Assembly (NCBI GenBank): GCA_051313645.2
Contig: JBNRSN020000039.1
Span: forward strand, 5,890,001-5,954,000
Length of the DNA stretch: 64,000 nucleotides
Reading direction: 5' to 3'
Origin: Centroscyllium fabricii
Lineage: Eukaryota
Below the pieces are notes generated by a model. It saw nothing but the letters and a program-made list of their open reading frames with translations. It was not told the origin of the DNA and did not search any database. Shown one piece after another: positions 11,911 to 25,016 of this stretch (positions are counted from its first letter, which is position 1; each line of letters begins with the position of its first letter). A program made the position numbers and the translations under genes.

Positions 11911-13185
11911 ACCGGGCTGGAATACCCTTGTGCCCCTTTAGACATTATCCAGTCTGAAATTGTACATTTTCCTGGGCAGAAATCTTTCCCTGACGCTCTA
12001 CAATATATACAATGTAAAATTGTACATTGGCCTTGGCTGGAATCATCCTTTGGCCATCTACACTTTATGCACTGTGAACTTGTACATTGTCCTGGACTGG
12101 ATTTCTCCTGTGCACCTCCCCGTAAACATTCTCCAGTCTTAAATTCTACATTGGCCTGGGCTGTAATTCTCCTGTGCCCCTCTACACTTGCTCCAGTCTG
12201 AAATTGCAGGTTGTTTTGGGATCGAATCCTTCTACGCCACTTTGCACATCCTCCAGTCCGTAATTGTCCAATAGCCTGGGCGGGATTCGTCCTGTGCCCT
12301 CCACGCTTTCTCAAGTCTAGCATTGTATATCGGCATGGTCTGAAATCATGTTGTGCAACACTGGACTTTCTCCAGGCTGAAATTGTACATCTGCCTGTGC
12401 TAGAATCATCTTTTGCCTCTTGGCAATATCTACAATCAGAAATTGTACACTTTCCAGTGATGGAATTATCCACTGCACCTCTAAAAATTATCTTGCCTGA
12501 AGTCGGACATTACCCTGCGGTGAAATATACCTGTGCCCCTCTACACTTCGACCAGGCAGAAATTATACTTTGCCCTGGGCTGGGGTCCTCCTGAACCCCT
12601 CTACATTTCCTCCATTCTGGTATCCTGCTGTGTAGCTCTTCAATTTCTCCAGTCTGGAATTGCACCTTGTCGCGGGCTGGACTCTCCTGTGCAGTTCTAC
12701 AGCTTCTCTAGTCTGAATTTGAAGATTGCCCTGGGCTGGAGTCCGCTGAGCACATCTACACATTTTCCAGTCTGAAGTGTTGTATTGTCCTCGGCTGGAA
12801 ATCTCCTTTAACCATGTACAATTTCACATATCTGTCCTCGGCTGGATTCGTCATGTGCCCCTAAATATTTCCCCTGTATGAACTTTGCACATTAGCCTGG
12901 GCGCGAAGCCTCCTGTGCTCCGCTATAGTTTTTTTCCAGTCTGAAATTGTAAATTGTCCTGGGCTGTGATCGGCATGTGCCCCTCTACCCTTTTTCCGAC
13001 TGAAATGATACATTGTCCTCGTATTGAATACACCTATACCCCTCTAAACATTCTCACATCAGAAATTCCTCATTGCCCTGGGCTGGCATCCTCCTGTATT
13101 ACTCCACACTCTCTCCAGTCTGCAACTGCCCATTGGCCTAGGCTACAATCCCCCAGTGCCACTCTACTCTTTCTCCAGTCTGGCA
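11910..13185. repeat. 60-bp minisatellite array, unit 3
   Basis: Same consensus as unit 1. Confidence 0.93.
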
Positions 13186-13215
13186 TTGTGAACCGGCCCC
13201 GGCGCTTGTAATCAC

Positions 13216-13261
13216 TGCATCAAAGACAGATCAGAGCGAGCGCAAGTAAAGCTTTCTTCAT
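13216..13261 (-). pseudogene. Signal-peptide-like segment, unit 3 (MKKALLALALICL*C)
   Basis: Paralogue of 6833-6878; codon 14 is TGA and the donor is GTGATT. Confidence 0.4.
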
Positions 13262-13488
13262 CCTGAACCCTGTTGAATAAGATCCTTTGCATGGTTTCTG
13301 TGCGCGCACAAGTTCAGTTTTATATATATTTGACTACACCTAATTTGTTAATCATTAATCAATTCCGCTCAACTGCTAATCAGTATTTTGTTTACCGTCA
13401 GAACGCATCCTTGACTTTGCTCCTGATTCTGTTTAATTTTCCTTCTGATTCGTCAGGTTCCTCATTCCTCTCGGCTATTGTCCATCTC

Positions 13489-13715
13489 TGGTAAATAATG
13501 AATCTGTCTATACAGAACATGTCTGGCCATGCCTCAGCTGGCTCCGCCCCTGACTCCACTCAAAGCTCAGGTATGAAGGTGATTGACCTCCTGTGCCCCT
13601 GGCTTTAATGATCGGTGTTCCAGCAGGGGCATGCTCCTTTTCTGTTGTTAATAAAATCCTACTTGTTATAAGTTTAACTCATAGACTTTTGGGAGTTATT
13701 GATTGCACAGCACCA
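13489..13715 (+). mobile_element. Probable solo LTR, family B
   Basis: 227-bp insertion absent from other units; TGGT...ACCA termini, internal AATAAA, imperfect 4-bp TSD tctc/tcta. Confidence 0.65.
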
Positions 13716-14375
13716 TCTAAAAACTCTCTCAGACTCGTGGATCTGAATAGGCTCCTCTAAGCATAATCCACAACGTTGAATATACCTATGTCCCCGTGAC
13801 GCTGTCCAGTGTGGAATCATAACAATCTGTGTTGGTGCTGCCTGGAGCATGGATTCGTGCCGAGAAGACCACCACCCCCCCCCCACCCCCACGCTGCTTG
13901 CAGCTCGTACTCTCTTGTATTCTTAACATTGACCCTTTTCTTTTTAGTCTTCCTGCCTTTTGTTTTTGCTGACATGTCTTCCCTTATAGTGGCAATTCCC
14001 TCGCTATCCTGGTTACTGGGATTAATGATCCTTCTGTCTTTATACACATTTCATTCCTTTTGCTTCCGTGTAGATCTCGTACTCCTGGGTTATTTGTATT
14101 ATTCCTTTATCCTGACTTATTGTTATTACTCAATTCTCCTGTTTCTGGTTATGAAACATCATTCATTCTTCTTATTACTCACCCTTGTTTTTTCATTATG
14201 ACCCCCCCCCCCCACCCACCCCGTACATTTTACAGAGAATCACAGGAAAATTCTCAAACAAGAAAGAAAATTGTACACATGGCGAATGTTGCACTTTATT
14301 CTCGTCTCTATCAGTAGAACTGGTCCCTTGTGCCCACCGGTCCCATATCGGATAACCTAATCAGAAATCTATTTA

Positions 14376-14612
14376 TGTGGCGGTACGCCGGCTGGCGAAT
14401 CTGCCTCGGCAGTACTGCGGGGCATAGCCCCGCCCAACGGGTGACGCGCTGACGTCACCACGTCTCTCGGCGTGATGAGGTCAAGAGCGGCGGGTAGTTT
14501 AAATAAGCCTGCTCCTCGTGGTTCAGTCTCTTCCTCGTTATGTAGTGTGATTAAACAAGAGCTAAATGTCTCTCTGGCTCCTTTGTGGTTATTGGGTCCT
14601 GCATGCGCTACA
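14376..14612 (+). mobile_element. Solo LTR of the Gypsy family found at 38.4 kb
   Basis: TGTGGCGG...CGCTACA, homologous to 38444-38682; imperfect 4-bp TSD ttta/tttc. Confidence 0.88.
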
Positions 14613-15126
14613 TTTCCCTGTTTTTGTGAAAAGCGTTTTGTATATAAGAAGGAAAAAAATATAAAGAAAGAATGAATGAAAAGAGGAAAGGCTAAAAGAA
14701 AGAACATTTAGAAAGGAAAAAAAATAAAGACAGAAAGAAAGAGAACATGCAAGAAAGAAACAAAGAAAATAAGAATTAAACAAAGAAAGTAGGTAGAAAA
14801 GTAAGAAAAAAGTAAGGGAAGAAAGAAATAAGGCAATGACGAATGAATGCAGGAGTGAAGGAATGAAGGAAGAAGGCATCGCAGAAAGAAAGTAGGAAAG
14901 AGTGAATAAAGAAAGGAAGAAAGAAATAAAGAAAAAAAGAATGAGGGGAAGAAATCAGACAGGAAGTAAGGAATGAATGAAGAAATGAAGAAATGTGAAT
15001 GACAGAAAGAAAGTAAAAAAAACGAGAAAGATCTAAGGAAAGAAATTAAGAAAGTTAGATTTTAAATGAAACAAGGAACGAAAGAATGAAAAAACGCCGG
15101 AAGGAACGAATGAAGAAAACATGAAA

Positions 15127-16075
15127 GGACACCCCTGGTGTATTCCTGTGATCTTCTAAACTTACTCCAGTCTGGGGTTGCACAGTGTCCTGGGCGGAAA
15201 TCTTCCTGTGCCCATCTACACCTTCTACAGTCTGAAATTGTACTTTCACCCTGGCTGGAATCCTCCTGTGGCCCTCAAGATTTTTTCCAACTTGATATTG
15301 TACGTTGGACTGTTGGGAATTCGTCTTGTGCCACTCTGGACTTGCTCCAGACATAAATTGTGCATTAACCTGTGCTGGAATCATGTAGTGCCACTCTGGA
15401 ATTTCTCTCGCAAGAAATTGCATATATTCTGATGAATGTATCCTCCGCTGCCACTTTATACATTATTTTGCCTGAAATTGTACATTGTCCTGGGCTGGAT
15501 TCCGGCAATAGCCCTCTGCGCATTCTCCAGTCCGAAATTGTACTTTGTTTGAGGCTGCAATGTTCTTATTCACCTCTACACATTCTCCAGTCTGAAATTG
15601 TACACTGTCACCGTCTGGTGTCCTCCTTTGCCCCTCTGTACTTACTGCAGTCTGAATTTATCAAGTATCGTCGCCGGAAATTCTCCGTAACCCCTCTAAA
15701 CTTTCTCACATCTGAAAACGTACATTGTCATCGGATGGATTCGTCATGCTCCAGTGTAATATTTCTCCTGTGTGAACTTGTACATTGGCATGGGCTGCAG
15801 TCCTGCTGTGACTCTCTACAATATCTCCAATCTGAATGTGTACCTTGGCCTGGGCTGGAATTCTCAGGTGCCCCTCTACTCTTTTTCAGACTTACATTCT
15901 ATATTGGCCTCGTCTTAAATCCTCTTAAGCCCCTCTAAAAGTTTTCCATTATCAAATTCTCCATTGGACTGGACTAAAATACTGCTTTACCACTCTGTAG
16001 TGTCTCCTGTCTGAAATTGTTCAGTGGCCTTGTCTGTAATCCTCCTGGACCCCTCTAATACTTCTCCAGTCTGGG
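15127..16075. repeat. 60-bp minisatellite array, unit 4
   Basis: Same consensus as unit 1. Confidence 0.92.
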
Positions 16076-16106
16076 ATTATGAAGCAGCCCCGTCGGTTGC
16101 ACTCAC

Positions 16107-16152
16107 TGCATCAAAGGCAGATCAGAGCGAGCGAAAGTACAGCTGCCTTCAT
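16107..16152 (-). pseudogene. Signal-peptide-like segment, unit 4 (MKAAVLSLALICL*C)
   Basis: Paralogue; GTGAGT is kept, the upstream AG is lost, codon 14 is TGA. Confidence 0.4.
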
Positions 16153-16847
16153 CCTGGATCCAGTTTAATGATATATTCTGCATGATTATTGTACGTGCAC
16201 TAGTTCAGCATTATTAATATTTGGCTGCACCTTATCTGTTAATCATTAAACAATTCTGCTCAATTGCTGATCATTAATTTGTTTATCGTCATTACTTGCC
16301 CTTGACTTTTACACAAGACTTTTACACAAGATTCTGTTATGTTTTCCTCCTGATTCGTCAGCTTACTCCCTCCCTCGGCTATTGTCCCTCGAAACACCTT
16401 TTCATACTCTGGTATCTGAGAAGACTCCTCTAAGTTTAACGTACAATGTTGAATATTCCTATGTCCATTTGACTCTGTCCAGTTTGGAATCTTATCACTC
16501 GGTGTTAGTGCTGCCTAGACCATGGATTCCTACCGTGACGACCACTGCCCCTCCACCCTGCTTGTAGCTCTCACTCTCATGTATCCTCAACATTACCCTT
16601 TTTCTTTTTAGTATTCCTGCCATTTGGTTTTGCTGTTATCTCTTCCCTTCTATTGGCTATTCCCTCGCTATCTTGGTTACTGTGATTATTTATCCTTCTG
16701 TGTTTAAGCACATTTCCTTCCTCCTGCTTCCGTGTAGACCTCGGCCCCCTGGGTTTTCGTATTATTACTTTTTCTCCATTTTTTGTTATTACTCCATACT
16801 CCTGCTGTGGTTATTGAAAATCCTTCATTATTCGTATTACTCATCCT

Positions 16848-17946
16848 TGGGTTGGCAGATAGAAAACCGAGAGTTGGAATTAACGGCATATTTTCTGAGT
16901 GGCAGGCGGTGACTAGTTGGCTACCGCAGGGGTCTGTCCTGGGACCCCAGCCGTTTACAATATATATTAATGATCTGGAACAGGGAATTGAATGTAATAT
17001 CTCCAGATTCGCGGATGACACCAAACTAGGAGGGGGTGCGGGCTCTGAAGAGGGAGTCAGGAAGTTACAGGATGATTTGGATAACTTGGGGGACTGGGCA
17101 GAGAGATGGCAGATGCACTATAATGTGGATAAATGTGAGGTTATCCACTTTGGGGGCAAAAACAGGAGGGTAGATTATTACTTAAATGGCAATAGATTGG
17201 GAGATGGGGAGGTGCAAAGAGAACTGGGTGTTCTTGGGCACCAGTAGCTGAAGGTGAGCACGCAGGTGCAGCAGGCGGTTAGGAAGGCAAATTGTGTGTT
17301 GGCCTTCATATCAAGAGGGTTCGAGTATAGGAATAAGGATACCTTACTGCAGCTGTACAAGGCACTGGTGAGACCACACCTCGAGTATTGTGTACAGTTC
17401 TGGTCGCCTCGCCTGAGGAAGCATGTTCTTGCCATGGAAGGAGTGCAGCGGCGTTTCACCAGGCTGATTCCTGGAATGGCAGGAATGACCTACGAGGAGA
17501 GACTATGCAGTCTGGGCTTGTACTCGTTGGAGTTTAGAAAATTGAGAGGCGATCTCATTGAGACGTATACTATTCTGAAAGGTCTGGACAGGTTAGATTC
17601 AGAGAGATTGTTTCCAATGGCGGGGGAGTCCAGAACCAGGTGCCACGGTCTAAGAATAAGGGGTAAACCATTTAGGACAGACATGAGGAAGAATTTCTTC
17701 ACTCACAGAGTGGTGGGCCTGTGGAATTCCTTGCCACAGAGGGCGGTGGAGGCCAGCTCATTAAATATATTCAAGAGGGAATTGGATATATTTCTTCAAG
17801 CTAAAGGGATTAAAGGTTATGGAGAAAAGGCGGGGACGGGGTACTAGCTTGCTAAAGATCAGCCATGATCTCATTGAATGGCGGAGCAGGCTCGAAGGGC
17901 TGAATGACCTACTCCTGCTCCTATCTTCTATGATTCTATGATTCAA
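16848..17946 (+). mobile_element. CR1 LINE, 5'-truncated
   Basis: Encodes PQGSVLGP, FADDTKLGG and LVRPHLEYCVQFWSP; (ttctatga)n tail; in-frame stop at 17245. Confidence 0.93.
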
Positions 17947-18544
17947 TGATTATCCTATTCATTATGACGCCACCCATCCCGAAGGTTTTTTTAAACAAAA
18001 TGACAGGGAAATTACGCATTAATGTTCTCTCTATCAGTAGAGCTGACCCCATGTGCTCCCCCGTTCGCATATCAGATATCCTAAACAGAAAGCTATTTCC
18101 AAGGGTTTTGAAAACGCTGTTTTTATATAAGAAACAAAAATATACAAAGAAAGAATGATTCAAAGAGCATTTAGAAAGTAATAACAACGAAAGACAGAAA
18201 GAAAGAGAACAAGCAAGAAAAAACCAAATAAAATAAGAAATATAAGAACGAAAGTAGAAATGAGAGAAAGAAAAAAGTAAAGAAAGAAAAAATGTAAGAA
18301 ATAATGCAGTGAGGAATTATTGCAAGAAGGAAGGAACGAACGAATAAAGAAAGGAATAAAGATAGAAAAAAGTAAAGAGAGAAGGAAGGCAACGAAGGAT
18401 AAAAAAAAGAAAGAGAGAAATAAACAAAAAAGAATGACCGAAAGAAAGAACGAAGGAAGAATGTAAGAAAGATCGAAGGAAAGAAAGAAAGAAAACGAAA
18501 GAACGAAATAAGGCAGGAATGAAATAATTAAGGAAATTAGAGAA

Positions 18545-19900
18545 GGATCGGGCTGGAGTCCTCCTTTTCAGCTCTACACGTTCTCCAGTCTAAAATAATA
18601 CATTGGCCTGGGCTGCAATCATCCGGTGCCCCTCTAAACATTCTGCAGTCTGAAATTGTACATTGTCCAGGGCTGCAATCATCCTGTGCCCCTCTGCACA
18701 TTTTACAGTCTGAAATTGAACATTGGCCAGGGCTGCTGTCATCCTTTGCCCCTCTCAACATTCTCCAGTGTGAAATTGTACATAGTCCTTGGCTATAATC
18801 GTCCTGTGCCCCTCTGCACAGTTTACAGTCTGAAATTGTATATTGTCCTGGTCTGACGTCCTCTTGTGCCCCTCTACTCTTTCTCCAGTCTGATATTGTG
18901 CATGGTCCTGGGCTGGATTCTTCCCCTGACCCTCTAAACTTGCTCCAGTGTAAAACTGTATATTGCCTGGGCTAGAAACCTCTTGTGCTAGTCTGGAATT
19001 TCTCCAGACTGAAATTGTAATTTTTCCTGTGCTGGAATCATCTTGTCCCACTATGGTATTTATCTAGCCCCAAAGTGTACATTTTCCTCCACGGCACCTC
19101 TATAAATTCTCTTGCCTGAAATTGTACATTGGCCTGGGCTGGAATCCTCCTTAACTTCTCTGCACAGTCTCCAGTCTGAAAGTGTACATATGCTGGACTG
19201 GAATACTCCTGTGCACCTCTACATTTTCTCAAGTCTGAAATCTAACCTTGACATGAGCTGGAGTTGTCCTGAGCACCTTTCCCTTACGGCAATATCAAAT
19301 TATATATTAGTCTTGGCTGCAATTCTCCTATGCCCCTCTTTCCTTATCTCCCGTCTGAAATTGGACTTTGTGCAGGGCTGGAATACTCATGTTGACCTGT
19401 ACACGTTCTCCAGCCTGAAATCATACATTGTGACGATATGCAGTCCTTCTGACCCCCTCTATACTTACAGCAGTCTGAAGTTATAAATTGGCCTCGGCTC
19501 AAATTCTCCTTTACCCCTCTACACTTTCTCATATATTAAATTGTACATTGTTCAGGGATGGATTCGCCATGCGGCCCTGTAACATTTCTCCTGTCTGCAA
19601 GTGTACATTGGCCTGGGTTCGAATCCTCCTGTAACCCTCGACAGTTTCTCCAATCTGAAATTGTACATCGGATGGGCTCGATTCCCCCTGTGCCCCTCTA
19701 CTGTTTCTCCATTATCAAATTGTACATTGGCTTCGCCTATAATCTTCCTCTGTCCCTCTAAACATTCTCCATTCTGAACTGCTTCATATGGCAGGGCTGG
19801 AAACGTGTTGTTTTCCTCCAAACCCTCTCGAGTCTGAAATTGTTAATTGGCCTTGGCTGGAATCATCCAGTGCCCCTCTACACTTTCCCCAGTCTGCGAT
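18545..19900. repeat. 60-bp minisatellite array, unit 5
   Basis: Same consensus as unit 1. Confidence 0.93.
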
Positions 19901-19929
19901 TGTGAACCAGCCCCGTCGGTTGTACTCAA

Positions 19930-19975
19930 CAGATCGAAGACTGATCAGAGTGAGCGCAAGTGAAGGTCACTTCAT
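19930..19975 (-). pseudogene. Signal-peptide-like segment, unit 5 (decayed)
   Basis: ATG AAG TGA.. CTT GCG CTC ACT CTG ATC; stop at codon 3. Confidence 0.3.
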
Positions 19976-21206
19976 CCTGGATCCAGTTGAATGATATCGT
20001 CTACATGGTTTCTGTGCGTACACTGAATCAGCTTTAGCAATATGTGGCTGCACCCAATTTGTTAATCATTAACCGATTCTCTCATTTGCTAATCATGAGT
20101 TTGTTTACCATCAGAACCAGCCCTTGACTTTTGTTCCTGGTTCTGTTTATTTTTTTCCACCTGATTTGTCAGGTTACTCCTTTCCTCTCGGCTATTGCCC
20201 ATCAAACCCCTTTCTCATACTGTGGTATCTGGGAAGTGTCCTCTAATCGTATCACACAAAGCTGAATATTCTCATGGCTCTGTGACGCTGTCCAGTGTGG
20301 AATCATAACACTCTGTATTATTGCTGCCCGAGTATTTGTACCCTGGCGACCACTCCACCCGGCTTGAAGGTCTTACTATCTTGTATTTTTAACATTCCCC
20401 CTTTTCTTTTTAGTATTCCTGCCTTTTCTTTTGCTGACATGTCTTCACTTATAATGGCCATTCCCAAGATATCATGTTTACTGGGATTATTCAGATTTAT
20501 GTAATTCAACACATTTCCTTCCTCCTGTTTCAGGGAAGACTCGGCCTCCTGCGTTCTTAATATTATTCATTTATGTTGGTGTGTTATTATTACTCAATTC
20601 TCCTGTCTGTAGCTATAAAACTTCCTTTATTCTTTTTACTCATTCACGTCATTTTCATTATGACGCCACCCACCCCGTAGTTTATTACACAGAATCTCAT
20701 GGAAATTATTCAAACGCGAAAGACAATTGAATCCACAATGAGTGTTGCTCATCATTCTCCTCCCTATCAGTAGAGCTGATACAATGTGCCCCCAATTTCA
20801 CATATTACATACACTAATCATAAGTTATTTCCCTGTTTATAGTATGAATATAAGAAGCAATGAATAAAAGAAAGATCATTTAGAAAGGAATCAAACCGAA
20901 AGACAGAAACAGAGAACAAGTTATAAAATAAAAAATGGAAGAAAGAAACATGAAACTAAGGAGCAAAGAAAGAACGTAGGAAGGATACAAATAAAAATGT
21001 AAAGAAAGAAAGCAAGGTATAAAGAATAAGGCAGTGAGGAATGAATGCAGGAAGGGAGGTTCGAATGAATAAAGTAATATAGTAGGAATGCGAGAAGGCA
21101 AGAAAGGAGGTAAGAATGAATGAAAGAACGGAAGAAAGAAAGAGAGAAATTGAAGGAACGATGGAAATAAACCAGACAAGGAAGTAAAGAATGAATGAAA
21201 CAAGAA

Positions 21207-22110
21207 AGGACAGGACTGGCGTCCTCCTGTGCACCCCTACACTTACTGCAGTCTGAAATTGTACATTGGCCTAGATTAGAATCCTCCTGTGCCCCTGTAC
21301 AGATTCGCCAGCCTGAATTTGTAAATTGGCCTTGGCTCGAGTCCTCCTGTGCAACGCTACACTTACTGCAGTCTGAAATTACACATTGGTCTGCACTGGC
21401 ATGCTGTGCCCATCTACAACTTCTCCAGTATGAATTTGTACATTGACCTGAGCTGGAACTTTCCTTTCTCCAGTCTTAAATTGTAATGTGATTGTTCTTG
21501 ACTACTCCTGTGCCCATCTACACTTGCTGCATTCTGAAACTGTACGCTGTCCAGGGCTGGACACCCCCTTGCGCCCCTCTTCAATTTCTCCTGTCGGAAA
21601 TTGTAAAGTGGCATCAGCTGGAATCCTCCTGTGCACCTCTACACTTTCTCAATTCTGAAATTCTATATTAGCCTGGGCTGGCAACCTATTGTTCCACTCT
21701 GGACAATCTCCAGACTGAAAGTTTACATGTTCCGGTGGTGGAATACTCTGCTACCCCTCTATACGTTCTCCTGTCTAAAATTGTACATTGGCCTGTGCTG
21801 AAGTCCTCCTGTGCACCTCTACAATCACTGCAGTCTGAAATTGTGCATTGGCTTAGACTGTCATTCTACATTTCGCTCTAAATGATCTCTGGTCTGAAAT
21901 TGTACATTGGCCTTAGCTATAATCCTCCTGTGCCCCTCTGCACTTTCCCCAGTCTGAAATTCTACATGGTTGTGGGCTGGCATCCTCTTCCGCCCCTATA
22001 CACTTTATCCAGTCCGAAACTGTACGTTGTCCTCAGCTGGAATACTCCTGTGCCACTCTACACTTACTCCAGTCTGCAATTCTACTTTGGCCTGGGCTGG
22101 AATACTCCTA
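21207..22110. repeat. 60-bp minisatellite array, unit 6
   Basis: Same consensus as unit 1. Confidence 0.92.
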
Positions 22111-22512
22111 CATAAGAACATAACAAATAGCAGCAGAAGTAGGCCAATCGGCCCCTCGAGCCTGCTCCACCATTCACAAGATGATCGCTCATCTTATCAT
22201 AACCTGAAATCTACTTGCACTCTCCATCCCACCCGTATGCATGTGATCTCCCGGGAGAGGCGAAACGGCAGAAAAATAAACGAATGGCAAATGTGGGAGA
22301 AAAAATCTGGGGAGCTCATTTCCGACCCCTCTTTGCGATCGAAACTCGTCCAGAAGTTCACATGGCCGATCTAAACCTAGCCTTAAATCCACTTTCCTGA
22401 CGGCTCACCGTAATCGCTAATGCCCTTTACATCGAGAAAGATGTCTCTGCTTGAAATGCATTCAATTAGTAGTTTCCACAGCTTCTGGGGCAGCAAATTC
22501 CACAGACCTGCC

Positions 22513-23325
22513 AATTCAATTCAATTGAATTAGCATTGTCATTGCAGAGTACGAGTACAATACAATGAGACGAAGACTCTTCGCTCCCGAGTGTAGTGCA
22601 AATAAATTACATGCAATTGCATACATTAAAGTACATTTTCAGGTGTGCAGGTACCGGAGTTTTTTGGTAGCATTCAGGAGGCTGACAGCCCTGGCGAAGA
22701 AGCTATTCTTGAGTCTAGTCGCGCGGGTGCAAATTCATCTGTAGCGTCTCCCGGAGGGCAGGGGGCGTACAGACTGTGGCTGGGGTGTTTGTGGTCTTTA
22801 ATAATTCTCAGATAACTCAGTAGGCAGCGTTTGAGCTAGCTGCTATCAATTGACGGTAGCTGGGTACCGGTGATTCGTTGGGCAGTTTTGACTACCCGCT
22901 GCAAGTTCTTCCGGTTCGAGATGGTACAATTTCCATACCAGACTGTGGTGCAGCTTGTCACTATGCTTTCGATTGTGCAGCGGTAGAATTTGGAGAGGAT
23001 GCCGGATGACAGCTTGGATTTTTTCAGCTTCCTTAGGATGTACAGGCACAGTTGGGCCTTCTTAACCAGAGAGGAGGTGTTTATTGACCAGGAGATGTCT
23101 TCCGAGATGTGGACCCCGAGGAACATAAAGCTGGACACCCTTTCCACCTGAGCCCCTTGGATGATGATGGGTGTGTGTCTTCTGCTTGCAGTACTCCGGA
23201 AGTCCATTATGATCTCCTTAGTTTTCTTGGTGTTCAGTGCCAGGTTGTTGTCGGCACACCATCGGACAAGGCGCTGGATCTCATTTCTGTAGGCTGACTC
23301 ACCGTTTTTTCTGATCTGGCCAAAC
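22513..23325 (-). mobile_element. Rex1-type LINE fragment nested in CR1
   Basis: Encodes WCADNNLALNTKKTKE and FYRCTIES; (ttgaa)n tail. Confidence 0.88.
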
Positions 23326-24019
23326 ACGTTCTGTGTGAACAAATGTCTCTTCATCTCAGTTTTGAATTGGAAGCCCATTATTTTCAGATTATGCCCCTAG
23401 TCCTAGTTCAATGCATCATTGGAAACATCCACAGCGCATCCATCCGATCATGACCCTTCACCATCCTATATGTTTCAATATGTTCGCCTCTCATTCTTCT
23501 GAACTCAAGCGAGTAGCGGCCCAATCTAGGAATCCACTTCTTACACGTCAGCCGCCTCTACCACGGTATTAAGCAGGTGAAAATTATTTTTACTGCATCG
23601 AGCGCAAGTATGTCTTTTTAAAATATTGACAACAGAACTGTAGCAGTATTCAAGGTGTGGTCTCACCAATACGCTGTACAACTGCAGCAAGACCCACATT
23701 TGTTTATACTCCATCCCATTAGCAATAAAAGCCAACAATCCATTGAGCTCCCTGATCACCTGCTGCACCTGCATACTAACGTTTTGTGTTTCCTGCACCA
23801 GGACACCCATATCCCTTTGCCATTTGAGTACTTTCTAGTTTCTTTCCATTAAGATAATTGCTCGCCCTTTTATTTTTCCAGCCAAAGTGCATAACCTCAC
23901 ACTTGTCAGTGTTATATTCCAGCTGCCAAATGTCTGCCCACGCACTTAACCTATCTAAGTCCTTTTGCAGGTTTTCAATGACCTCCGTACTCAATACTCT
24001 CCCTGCCATATTTGTATCA

Positions 24020-24350
24020 TCTACCTCAAACGCAGCTTACGGAGGTCTCAGAACATTATTAAAGAACCCACACACCACAGCCACAGTCTGTTCGCCCCCC
24101 TGCCCTCCGGGAGACGCTACAGATCAATTCGCACCCGCACAACTAGATTTCGGAACAGCTTCTTCCAAAGGGCTGTCAGCCTCCTGAACTCTAAAAAGAA
24201 ACTCCGGTACCTGCATGCCTGATAATGTACTTTTCTGTATGCAATTTGCATGTCATTTATTTATTTGCACTACTCTCGGGAGAGTCGAGTCTTCGTCTCG
24301 TTGTATTGTACTAGTACTCTGCAATGACAATAAAACTTGAATTGAATTGA
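24020..24350 (+). mobile_element. Rex1-type LINE 3' fragment nested in CR1
   Basis: Encodes LPSGRRYRSIRTRTTRFRNSFF; ttgaattgaattga tail. Confidence 0.85.
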
Positions 24351-25016
24351 AAACGTTGATATGTTGCACTTGGTCCCTTCGTCCAAATCGTTAATACAGA
24401 TTGTTAAAAGTTGGGGTCCCAACACCGACCGTTTCGGAACACCACTAGATACTAATTGCCAGACTGAGAATGAACCATTTATCGCAACTTTCTGATTTAT
24501 GTTAGAAAGCCAATCTTACACACATGCCAGAATATTACCCCCAATCCCGTGATTATTTATCTTCAGCAATAATGATTTGTGTGGCACCTTGTCAAATGTC
24601 TGTTGGAAATACAAATACTGTACTCCCACTGTTTCCACTTTCTCCACCTGTACGTTACGTCCTCAAAAACAATAGCAAATTTGCCAAACATGACTTCCCC
24701 TTTGTAAAACCATGCTGACTTTGCCCTATTAATTATGTTTATCCAAAGGCCCTGTTACTGGTTCCTTATTAATGGACTCTAACATTTTGCAAACCACAGA
24801 TGTTTGGCTAACTGTGCTATAGTTTCCAGCCTTCTGTCTACTACCCTTCCTGTGCATGTTTTCTGTGCACGCACTAGCTCAGCTTTAGTGATATTTGGCT
24901 GCACCTCATTTTTTAATCATTAACCAATTCCGCTCAATTGCTAATCATTAGTTTATGTAACGACATAACCTGCCCTTGACTTGTACTCATTTGTTCTGTT
25001 TATCATTTCTCCTGAT

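Larger units (their letters stand above)
22111..24850 (-). mobile_element. Decayed CR1 LINE interrupted by two Rex1 fragments
   Basis: Tail at 22111; LVRPHLEYC (about 23650), LQKDLDRLSAWAD..DKCEV (about 23900) and HGFTKGKSC (about 24700). Confidence 0.85.

Noticed and set aside
13216-16152. Selenocysteine TGA in the leader segments
   Set aside because: Other copies have CGA, so CpG deamination explains the TGA; no SECIS is evident.
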